DNA of 64,000 nt from Parcubacteria group bacterium (GTDB taxonomy: Bacteria; Patescibacteriota; Patescibacteriia; UBA2169), in the NCBI GenBank assembly GCA_016181765.1, contig JACOYR010000001.1, forward strand, positions 157,062 to 221,061, read 5' to 3'. The translations under genes and the position numbers were made by a program. Of the stretch, positions 53,816 to 62,087 are shown in pieces (the first letter of the stretch is position 1; every line of letters starts with the position of its first letter). The notes beneath the pieces are model-generated. The model did not search any database, was not told the DNA's origin, and saw only the letters and a program-made list of their open reading frames with translations.

Positions 53816-56380
53816 ATGAATTTCAATAACTACACAACCAAAGCCGCGGAGGCTTTAGAGAGCGCCTTGCAGTTGGCAGGCACGCTCAACCACCAGGGAC
53901 TCTTGCCAGGGCACCTGTTTTTGGTATTGCTCAGGCAAGCGGGCGGGCTGGTGCCGGTCATCCTTTCCAAAATGGGCAAAAATCCGGGTGAGTTGGCACA
54001 GGCTGTGCAGGAAAATTTAACCAGGCAGCCGCAAGTGAGCGGAACATCATCCCAGCACCTGACCCCGGAATTGAAAGCGGTTTTTGATGGCGCGGAAAAA
54101 GAGGCAGAGCGCCTAAAGGATGAGTACGTGTCTGTTGAGCATTTGTTGCTCGCGCTTTTGGATGACAAGGACATAGTAGAGCTTGCGGGCATCTCCAAAA
54201 GTGACGCGGAAAAAGTTTTGAAAGATGTGCGCGGTTCCCAGAGCGTCACGGACCAGGACCCCGAGGGAAAGTACCAGGTGCTGGAAAAGTACACCACTGA
54301 TTTTACGGCGCTCGCGCGTGACGGCAAGATTGATCCGGTGATCGGGAGGGATGATGAGATCCGGCGCATCATGCAGATTCTCACGCGCCGCACCAAAAAC
54401 AACCCCGTGCTCGTCGGCGAGCCAGGGGTTGGCAAGACCGCCATTGTTGAAGGCCTTGCAAAAAAGATTGTGGACCAGGACGTGCCCGAGCCTTTGCGCG
54501 GCAAGCGCGTGCTGGGTTTGGATTTGGCAAGTATGATTGCAGGCACCAAGTACCGCGGCGAATTTGAAGACCGCCTGAAAGCGTTGATTAAGGAGGTAGA
54601 GGCAGCCGAAGGCCGCATCATTTTGTTTGTTGATGAATTGCACACCGTGGTTGGGGCTGGATCTGCCGAAGGCGCCATGGATGCGGGAAACATTCTCAAG
54701 CCCGCGCTCGCGCGCGGCAAGCTCCACGCGGTCGGCGCTACGACTTTGAAGGAGTATCGCTTGCGCATTGAAAAAGACGCAGCCCTGGAGCGCAGGTTCC
54801 AGCCTGTGTACGTTGAAGAGCCCTCGGTTTCCGATACTATTTCCATTTTGCGCGGCATCAAAGACCGCTATGAAGTGCACCACGGCATTGCCATCCGCGA
54901 CAACGCGCTCGTGGCTGCGGCCCATCTTTCCAGCCGCTACTTGACGGATAGGTTTTTGCCGGACAAGGCAATTGACTTGATGGATGAAGCAGCTTCTGTG
55001 TTGCGCTTGGAAATTGATTCCAAGCCAACAGTGATTGACAAGATCCACCGCAAGCTGCGCCAGCTTGAAATTGAGCGCGAGGCCCTGAAAAAGGAAAAGG
55101 ACGATGCATCCCGGCTGCGCCTTGCGGAGATTGAAAAGCAGATCGCGGAAATCAAGGAAGAGAACAAGTCCCTGGAGCTTGCCTGGCAGAACGAGAAGCA
55201 GCACATTGACGCCATTAAGCACGCCCAGTCCGAAATTAACGGCTTAAAGCGCGAGGCAGAACGCAAGGAGCGCATCGGCGACTTGCAGGGCGTTGCCGAG
55301 ATTAACTATGCCAAGATTCCGGAGCTTGAGAAGCAGGTGAAAGGCGCCAAGCTGAAATTGGCGGAAGCGCAGAAGGGCAATCCCCTCTTGAAGGAAGAGG
55401 TGGACGAGGAAGACATTGCAAAGGTGGTGTCCCGCTGGACCGGCATTCCAGTGAACCGCCTGGTGACCGAAGAAGAGAAGCGCCTCGCAAGCATGGAAGA
55501 GGAAATCTCCATGCGCGTCATCGGCCAGAAAGACGCGATTCATGCGGTCTCAAATGCCATTCGCCGCTCCCGCGCGGGCATTTCCGAAGAAACCAAACCT
55601 ATTGGGTCGTTTATGTTCCTGGGCCCGACAGGCGTGGGCAAGACCGAGCTCGCGAAATCAGTGGCCAGTTTCCTGTTTAATGACGAGAAGCAGATTGTCC
55701 GCATTGACATGAGTGAGTACATGGAAAAGCACGCGGTCGCCCGTTTGATTGGCGCGCCTCCCGGGTATGTTGGGTATGATGAAGGCGGGCAACTGACCGA
55801 GGCCGTGCGCCGCAGGCCGTACACTGTGGTGTTGCTGGATGAGATTGAAAAAGCCCATCCGGACGTGTTCAACGTGCTTTTGCAGGTATTGGACGAGGGG
55901 CGCTTGACCGACTCCAAGGGCCGGACTGTTAATTTTAAGAACACGGTCATTATTATGACCTCAAACCTGGGCTCTGACATCATTGAAGAGCACATGGACG
56001 ACCGGAAGCGCCAGGAAGCGGAAGTTGAAAAGCTTTTGCACAAAATGTTCCGCCCCGAATTTTTGAATCGTTTGGATGATGTCATCATCTTCCAGCATCT
56101 GACTGAAGCCGAGATTGCGGACATTGTTGATTTGCAGCTGGCACAAGTAAAAGAGCGGCTTGAGCAGAAAGGCATTACACTGGCTATGGCTGACAGCGCC
56201 AGAAAGCACCTCGCAGAGGCAGGCTATGACAAGGCGTTTGGCGCGCGGCCGTTAAAGCGCCTGATCCAGAACGAAATCCTGGATGAGCTTGCGCTTTCCA
56301 TTATTGAGGGTAAAATTGGAGATGGAGACTCGGTAACCATTGACTACCGGGGCAACTCCATTGAAATCAAGAAATCCTAG
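53816..56380 (+). CDS. clpB: ATP-dependent chaperone/disaggregase ClpB
   Basis: Clp N domain. Two AAA+ modules with Walker A GEPGVGKT and GPTGVGKT. Long middle coiled-coil. Sensor motifs. Start set at MNFNNYT. Confidence 0.95.
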   Translation: MNFNNYTTKAAEALESALQLAGTLNHQGLLPGHLFLVLLRQAGGLVPVILSKMGKNPGELAQAVQENLTRQPQVSGTSSQHLTPELKAVFDGAEKEAERLKDEYVSVEHLLLALLDDKDIVELAGISKSDAEKVLKDVRGSQSVTDQDPEGKYQVLEKYTTDFTALARDGKIDPVIGRDDEIRRIMQILTRRTKNNPVLVGEPGVGKTAIVEGLAKKIVDQDVPEPLRGKRVLGLDLASMIAGTKYRGEFEDRLKALIKEVEAAEGRIILFVDELHTVVGAGSAEGAMDAGNILKPALARGKLHAVGATTLKEYRLRIEKDAALERRFQPVYVEEPSVSDTISILRGIKDRYEVHHGIAIRDNALVAAAHLSSRYLTDRFLPDKAIDLMDEAASVLRLEIDSKPTVIDKIHRKLRQLEIEREALKKEKDDASRLRLAEIEKQIAEIKEENKSLELAWQNEKQHIDAIKHAQSEINGLKREAERKERIGDLQGVAEINYAKIPELEKQVKGAKLKLAEAQKGNPLLKEEVDEEDIAKVVSRWTGIPVNRLVTEEEKRLASMEEEISMRVIGQKDAIHAVSNAIRRSRAGISEETKPIGSFMFLGPTGVGKTELAKSVASFLFNDEKQIVRIDMSEYMEKHAVARLIGAPPGYVGYDEGGQLTEAVRRRPYTVVLLDEIEKAHPDVFNVLLQVLDEGRLTDSKGRTVNFKNTVIIMTSNLGSDIIEEHMDDRKRQEAEVEKLLHKMFRPEFLNRLDDVIIFQHLTEAEIADIVDLQLAQVKERLEQKGITLAMADSARKHLAEAGYDKAFGARPLKRLIQNEILDELALSIIEGKIGDGDSVTIDYRGNSIEIKKS

Positions 56381-56416
56381 CGCTCTCTCACAACTTCACC
56401 GCAGAGGAGGCCTGCG

Positions 56417-56692
56417 ATGGCTCTTAGTAGCAACAAAACACCCCTGCTACTGGCGTGCACGCTCGCCTTTGCCAGAATCCAAGAAACGGAATTCAGAGTG
56501 TGCATCCGGCCGAACGGCGAGCCGCCCATACCGCTTCCGTGGAGTGAAGCGGGTCTGGAAAGGCTCAAGGCGGAACACAGGGGCGCGTTCCGCCATATAG
56601 CGCAGGAGGGCCTGCTCGCGGTTCTTTCCGAGCACCCGCTCGTCGTGGCACTCGGCTGGGAAGAGTACGGAATTGTCTCTTGCATCGGCTAA
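56417..56692 (+). CDS. Hypothetical small protein (91 aa)
   Basis: RBS GGAGG lies 6 nt upstream of the ATG. No motif. Confidence 0.35.
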   Translation: MALSSNKTPLLLACTLAFARIQETEFRVCIRPNGEPPIPLPWSEAGLERLKAEHRGAFRHIAQEGLLAVLSEHPLVVALGWEEYGIVSCIG

Positions 56693-56790
56693 ATGCGCCG
56701 CAGACGGAGTTGGGGCCGGGTGGAACACAGCAGTTCCATCTGGCCTCTTTTTTTGATATACTGACATATTATTCACTCGCGCTTTACTCT

Positions 56791-57330
56791 ATGGTTACTA
56801 CGCTTTCGGTTTTAACGCTTATCGCGGATATCATCATCGTGCTCGCAATCCTTGCCTGGATCGTGGAACGATTCCATAAACTCCGGTTTTTGAACCCAGT
56901 CAAGCAATTAGTCCGTAAGTACAGCCTGGAACTGCTCTTCATCATACCCTTGATTGCAACTCTTGGTAGCCTCTACCTCTCCGAAATCAAGGGCTGGACT
57001 CCGTGCAAGCTCTGCTGGTACCAACGCATAGCTATGTACCCGCAGGTGATTCTGGTGGGAACGGCGCTCGCGCGCAAAGCAAAAGGCATCGCGAGCTACC
57101 TCATCCCCCTCTCTTTGATTGGCGCGCTGATTTCAACGTTGCACTACACCGAACAAATCCGCGCTCGCCTCTCTCCGCTTGATCCGCTCGCTCCGTGCGA
57201 CCTTTCCGGCGTATCCTGCGCCGCAACCCCCATCTTCCACTTCGGGTACATCACTATTCCGGTGATGGCGTTTTCCGCGTTTGTGCTGATTCTGATTGTG
57301 GCGCTGGTAAGCACATCCAAGAGCGAGTAA
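56791..57330 (+). CDS. dsbB: Disulfide bond formation protein B (DsbB/BdbC family)
   Basis: CKLCWYQRIAMYP (the C-x2-C pair in BdbC-type context). Four TM helices. A second Cys pair (CDLSGVSC) sits in the second periplasmic loop. Start taken at the internal Met. Confidence 0.75.
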   Translation: MVTTLSVLTLIADIIIVLAILAWIVERFHKLRFLNPVKQLVRKYSLELLFIIPLIATLGSLYLSEIKGWTPCKLCWYQRIAMYPQVILVGTALARKAKGIASYLIPLSLIGALISTLHYTEQIRARLSPLDPLAPCDLSGVSCAATPIFHFGYITIPVMAFSAFVLILIVALVSTSKSE

Positions 57331-57331
57331 C

Positions 57332-58491
57332 ATGAAAAAAATCCTTGCCGTACTTGCCCTGGTTGTGGTTCTGGGCCTGCCCGCGCTCACAGCAGGCGCC
57401 CAAGAGGCGCCCAAACCGGAGCGAACCGTGATTGAGGTGTTTGAGCGGGATGACTGCAGCCACTGCAGGGACTTTTTCGCATTTATTGATGATCTCGCGG
57501 CCGAGCGGGATGATTTTGTAGTGCGCTCGTATGATCTCTACACCCCGGAAGGAAAGACTTTTTTTGATGAAGCAACAAATGCGCTGCAACTTGTAAAAGG
57601 CACGCCCATCATCTACCTCAAAGGTACTATTATCCAAGGGTTTGACACCGCAGAAACCACGGGCGCGCAAATCACCGCGCTTCTTGACGCGAATGACCAA
57701 ACAGCCTCCCTATCCTTGCGCGAAGTTGTTGACGCGGCTAAGAGCGGGAAAACCGACCAGCCCGTGCTCCCCTCGGGCGCGATCTGTGATGACAAAACGT
57801 TGTGCACAGTGCAAACCCCTGCCGCAACCGTGCGCATCCCGTTCACGGATAGAATAATTGATCCGGGCCAGTACTCCTTGCCCGTGCTCGCCGCGATCCT
57901 CGGAACCGTGGACGGATTCAATCCCTGCGCCATGTGGGTGCTCGTGATGTTCCTCGCGGCCCTGGTTGCCATCAATTGTGGCTGTATGCCTGGGATTTCA
58001 TCGGGTTGGACCACATCGTCACTCCGCTCGTGGGGCTCGTTGCAATCGCTGCGGGGGCTTACTTTTTGCGTGAATTTCACCGCGGCGAGGTTGCCTGCAG
58101 CATCGCAAACCCGCAACAGCGCAAACGGATTTCGGAAAAAATCAAAGACTTCGCGAGCAAGCCCCTCACCATACTCGGCGCACTCGGCATCATCGCAATC
58201 GCATTTTCCGTGAACATCTTTGAGTTCGCGTGCTCCATCGGCATTCCCCAGACCTTCACCAAAATCCTGGATCTCGCAAACCTCTCCTGGGCAGCGAAGC
58301 AGCTCTACAACGCAATCTACATCCTGGGCTACATGCTGGATGATTTCATCGTGTTCGGCATTGCCTTGTATAGTTTTGAAAAAATCGGCGTCACGCAAAA
58401 ATACTCGCGCATCTCCCACCTCATTGGCGGGTTACTGATGGCAGCGCTCGGCTTGATACTGCTCTTGAAACCCTCGCTGCTTGTACTGTAG
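57332..58491 (+). CDS. Thioredoxin-like (CSHC) secreted domain fused to a DsbD/CcdA-like polytopic membrane domain; apparent frameshift at about 57975 to 57990
   Basis: Signal peptide, then VFERDDCSHCRDFF (thioredoxin-fold CxxC). The hydrophobic domain begins GFNPCAMWVLVMFLAALVAI in one frame and continues LWLYAWDFIGLDHIVTPLVGLV...EFACSIGIP in the other. The junction lies within ...gccatcaattgtggctg.... Confidence 0.45.
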
Positions 58492-58983
58492 CGCGTACCG
58501 GCTGAATTCATACACGCCGAAAAACAAAGCGCTGTACGCGACATAACCCGCGAATGAATTCCGAAAAAACGGAATCCCGGCGGCATATGACGCCATGAGC
58601 CCTACAACATCAGGCGAATACATGCCGCTCGCAGCCCAGACCGCCGCATTTGTGGTGAGATAGAAGATGACCGATGACGCAATGCTCGCGCCCAGCGCGG
58701 TCGTGAATGAGTAGCGCTGCCGTGCCGCGTAGGATGCGCCGAGCGTGAACGCGTAGGACGCGTACACCGTAGCCATGACCGAGAACTGGTACGGCCCGAT
58801 GATAACATCAGAGAGAGCCAGGGCCGCGAGCGGAAGCCAGAGCCACTTCCGCGGAAGCAAAAATCCAAAAAACAGCATCAGGGAGCCCATTGGCGTAAAG
58901 TTCCACGGATGCGGGATGATGCGGCCGATAACCGCGAGCATGGCGGCGAACGCGCCAAAAAAAACCAGGTTTGTTTTATTCAT
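58432..58983 (-). CDS. Small polytopic membrane protein (183 aa); possible ECF-type substrate-capture (S) component
   Basis: About six TM helices. Last gene of a riboswitch-fronted operon. Assignment is by size, topology and context only. Confidence 0.35.
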   Translation of the reverse strand: MNKTNLVFFGAFAAMLAVIGRIIPHPWNFTPMGSLMLFFGFLLPRKWLWLPLAALALSDVIIGPYQFSVMATVYASYAFTLGASYAARQRYSFTTALGASIASSVIFYLTTNAAVWAASGMYSPDVVGLMASYAAGIPFFRNSFAGYVAYSALFFGVYEFSRYALQYKQRGFQEQYQAERCHQ

Positions 58984-59419
58984 AGTTCTTGAATAAGGAT
59001 GAAGTGAATTTCCACATAATCACATCTCCGGGCCGCACCGCGTACGCGTCCGCCGCGACCTCGGCATATTTGTTGTTCACCCAGTACTGCCAGTACTTTT
59101 TGTCAGCGCCGTTCTCATAGCCGTTGATGTTCCCAATGAGGATGCCGAGGTCGCCATAGTCAGTTGCGGCCACGGAAAGCTCGCCCGATGCGGCGGCGGT
59201 CCGTTCCAGCAACGACCATACCGTATCTCCTTCGGCGACGGAACGATCAGAAAATCCGAGCAGCTCCGAGCCGGTGTCAATCATGATGCTGGTCGGTTGC
59301 TCGGTTTGCGCGTACTCGCCCCTCTCGCCGGTTGCGGATTGGCCATCAAACCCGAGCCCGAGCAAAAACCCGGCAACCAAGAATAGGATTCCGAGAACAA
59401 GAAACTTAATCTGCTTCAT
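58976..59419 (-). CDS. Secreted/anchored small protein (147 aa), DUF4430-like
   Basis: N-terminal TM/signal segment. Soluble domain with GDTVWSLLE...YWQYWVNNKYAEV...GDVIMWKF reminiscent of DUF4430 proteins found in cobalamin-uptake loci. Tentative. Confidence 0.35.
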   Translation of the reverse strand: MKQIKFLVLGILFLVAGFLLGLGFDGQSATGERGEYAQTEQPTSIMIDTGSELLGFSDRSVAEGDTVWSLLERTAAASGELSVAATDYGDLGILIGNINGYENGADKKYWQYWVNNKYAEVAADAYAVRPGDVIMWKFTSSLFKNYE

Positions 59420-59958
59420 ACAAAACTGATTTGATAATTATGGCCGTGGCTCTCGCCTTTCCGGCGGCGAATCAGGTATGCCGCAATGATAATCAACGTG
59501 CCGTCAACCGCGTATACCGCAACATGCCAAAGGTTCGGAAGCGTGATCGGCGCACGCGGCGTGGACGCTCCCGCAACACGCGGCGCAATGAACTCAAGGG
59601 GGATGCGGATGCCGCCCGCGACTTTCAGAGCCGAACCCTGGCGGCTGTCCAAAGAAACAATCGCAAGGTGTGTTTTTTGGGATTCCGCGGGCATACGAAA
59701 CCGCAGCACCACGTCCTGCGACTCTCCGGGAGCCAGGCTAAACTGTGCCGGATTCATGCTCGCGCGTTCTCTGAACGCGCCAGGCACCGAAAGCCCATAG
59801 CGCTGGGGGATGGTGTCTGTGTTGGTGACCCGCACGCGGGACGTGGCCACTTCTCCGGTAATCCCTTGCACCGCAATGCGCGAAACATCAACCGAAGAGC
59901 TTCCGGCAAGCACGGCGGACGGAATGAGCAGCAGTATTGCAATGATCGCATGCTTCAT
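59416..59958 (-). CDS. Cell-surface protein with signal peptide and C-terminal membrane anchor (180 aa)
   Basis: Signal peptide, beta-rich central region, C-terminal hydrophobic helix followed by RRRKGE. Confidence 0.4.
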   Translation of the reverse strand: MKHAIIAILLLIPSAVLAGSSSVDVSRIAVQGITGEVATSRVRVTNTDTIPQRYGLSVPGAFRERASMNPAQFSLAPGESQDVVLRFRMPAESQKTHLAIVSLDSRQGSALKVAGGIRIPLEFIAPRVAGASTPRAPITLPNLWHVAVYAVDGTLIIIAAYLIRRRKGESHGHNYQISFV

Positions 59959-59960
59959 AC

Positions 59961-61778
59961 CTAATTCGCGCTATGCGCCCAAAAAATTAAGGTTCCGCTC
60001 TCTGCTCCGGCGCTTGCATAGGAGCCGGGCACGGATAGCGTGACGCCGACTGGCGCGTTCCTGTTCCCGGCAACGCTCTTCTGCCACTGGGGCGGAGCCA
60101 CGTTATCCAAGGTCAGGTTGCCGGTGAACAGCGATGATCCGGACACAGATGCGGTAGTGATGATGCTTCCCGCGCTGCTGTTGGTAATCGTAGCCTGACG
60201 GGTTCCGGACTGGCCCGGAAGCAGGGTGCCGAAGTTCAAATCTCCGGACACGCCGAAGCTCACGCCGCCCGTAGGCGTTGATCCGGGCCCCGGGCTGCCG
60301 CCGGCGCCACTGCTGCCAATGGTCACCGAGAGCGGCAAACTTGCCTGCTCCGGAGCATCCCCGACGACAACGAGAATCGCGCCGCTGCGCACGCGGTTAT
60401 CCGCTTCCGCAACCAAGTAGAAGGCACCCTCCTGATTCCAAACAAGACTGACCTGGCCCGCGGCATTGCTGGTGAATGACTCGCTGCCGCGTTTTAAGGT
60501 CGCGCCCGAGAACGGCTGCCATGAGCCGCTTGAGTACTCCTGCACAACCGCGGTTGTTGCGTCCCCTGCCGCGACTGATGAGACGTCATGCACCGCGCGC
60601 AGGGGTTTATCATCCCATGCTCCGTAGTACCAGACAAGCTCGTCTCCTTCGGACATAACGTAATCGCCTGCTCCGACTTGGGCCATTTCGTAGTTTGGCA
60701 GGTACGACCAGCCGTCCGGGCCAGCAGCTGCCTCGCCCGCGATGGTGGTAAGGTAGGGCCCGTACTGCGTATCTTGAATGACGTACGTATACCCGCACGG
60801 GCCCGCCGCGGACTTGATGACGTCAAGGCTGGTTCTGCCTTGCGCCTCTGTATCACAGATCGTTTCCGATTGGCCCTCAATGCGCAACGTAACGGTCGGA
60901 GGCGCGGCAATTGACGCGACCGGGTAGTATTTTCCGGCCATCGCTATTGCCGCGTAGGACGTGGAGACCAGCGTGAATAAATCAGCGCTTAAAGATTGCG
61001 CATCAAACAAAAAGTATCCACCCGCGTGCTGGCGCGCGTTCAAATAATCAACCGGCGTTTTCCCGGCCCGCGACCAAAAACTGACATCCTCTCCGAGCGC
61101 ATACAGCGCGGACAGCGCCCAGGCGGTTGACGGCGTATTGGAAGCGCCTCCCAAAGCCAGGGGAAATCCGCCATCATCATTCTGGCTCGCAAGCAAATAC
61201 TCCGAAGCCCCAAGAACCGCGTCATCGCTCGGCGCAACTCCGGCGGCAACAAGCGCCATGATGCCCATGGCCGTGTAATCAATGCTTGATTCAGTGGCAC
61301 CAGCGGACCAATCCCATCCTCCGTCCGCAAGCTGGTTGGTTTTGAGGTAATTGACTGTCTGCACGACCAAGGAATCATTGGACGGAACGCCCGCTGCATG
61401 AAGCGCGAGCAGCCCAAAGATATCATCGCTCACCATGCTCGCATCTCCGATTTGTCCGTTGCTCGCTTTCTGGCGAAGCCCGTACACCAAGTTTTCGTTG
61501 CCAAATGAACGCGGGTCGCGGCCCAAGGCCGTGATTGCGAGAATATAGGTCGCATAATCATTGGCAGTACTCCCGTCCAGCGCCTTCAAAAATGAGGCAT
61601 CAACGCCTCCTGCGCCGATGGCCGAGCGCGCCATGACTGACCAGTCGGTCTGCGGGTTAATGCCCGCGAGATAGGCCCCAACTTCCGGAGCGACCGCGGC
61701 GCGCGTGGAATCAAAAATCCCTGCCACCGGCAAAACCAGAAGCATGGCGGCTACAATATAGGAAGCGAGTGTTTTCAT
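59961..61778 (-). CDS. Secreted protein with prenyltransferase/squalene-oxidase (alpha-alpha toroid) repeats
   Basis: Signal peptide. Repeats such as DGGWDWSAGATESSIDYTAMGIMALVAAG and NDDGGFPLALGGASNTPSTAWALSALYALG (QW-like terpenoid-cyclase repeats). C-terminal Gly/Ser-rich, beta-rich domain. Confidence 0.65.
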   Translation of the reverse strand: MKTLASYIVAAMLLVLPVAGIFDSTRAAVAPEVGAYLAGINPQTDWSVMARSAIGAGGVDASFLKALDGSTANDYATYILAITALGRDPRSFGNENLVYGLRQKASNGQIGDASMVSDDIFGLLALHAAGVPSNDSLVVQTVNYLKTNQLADGGWDWSAGATESSIDYTAMGIMALVAAGVAPSDDAVLGASEYLLASQNDDGGFPLALGGASNTPSTAWALSALYALGEDVSFWSRAGKTPVDYLNARQHAGGYFLFDAQSLSADLFTLVSTSYAAIAMAGKYYPVASIAAPPTVTLRIEGQSETICDTEAQGRTSLDVIKSAAGPCGYTYVIQDTQYGPYLTTIAGEAAAGPDGWSYLPNYEMAQVGAGDYVMSEGDELVWYYGAWDDKPLRAVHDVSSVAAGDATTAVVQEYSSGSWQPFSGATLKRGSESFTSNAAGQVSLVWNQEGAFYLVAEADNRVRSGAILVVVGDAPEQASLPLSVTIGSSGAGGSPGPGSTPTGGVSFGVSGDLNFGTLLPGQSGTRQATITNSSAGSIITTASVSGSSLFTGNLTLDNVAPPQWQKSVAGNRNAPVGVTLSVPGSYASAGAESGTLIFWAHSAN

Positions 61779-61784
61779 ATAAAA

Positions 61785-61960
61785 ATACCTGCTTCCTCAA
61801 GCAGGGTCTTTAATGGGCGCAAAACGCTCACTTCCTTACTCGAGGAACCGTCCGCCGAATCGGCGAACGACCTTTCAGTACTCGGACTCCCCGCCCTTGA
61901 GGCGGGTCACCGTTGCGGCACAGCGCCGGATTTGCACCGGACTTCCCTGAAAGGATTTAT
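61785..61960 (-). ncRNA. Cobalamin (B12) riboswitch with terminator/RBS-sequestering expression platform
   Basis: Minus-strand core AGGGAAGUCCGGUGCAAAUCCGGCGCUGUGCCGCAACGGUGA matches the B12-element consensus (GGGAAG-CGGUG-AAAUCCG...CCGC-AC-GU-A). P1 is CCUGAAAGG/CCUUUCAG. Downstream hairpin cctgcttgaggaagcagg plus UAUUUUUAU lies directly before the ATG of the 605-aa gene and sequesters GAGGAAG. Confidence 0.7.
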
Positions 61961-62026
61961 TTAATTGTTACGCAGTGTTACCTTACCACATCCGAGTTGC
62001 GATTCAAGCATACGGTTGTGGATAAC

Positions 62027-62064
62027 GTTCCCCCATGGCCAACCGAACCTTTCTCGGCCATGGG
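62027..62064 (-). terminator. Hairpin (11-bp GC-rich stem) downstream of nrdJ; candidate terminator without a clear U-run
   Basis: cccccatggcc...ggccatggggg. Confidence 0.35.
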
Positions 62065-62087
62065 GGGTCACGACAAGCATGAAAATA

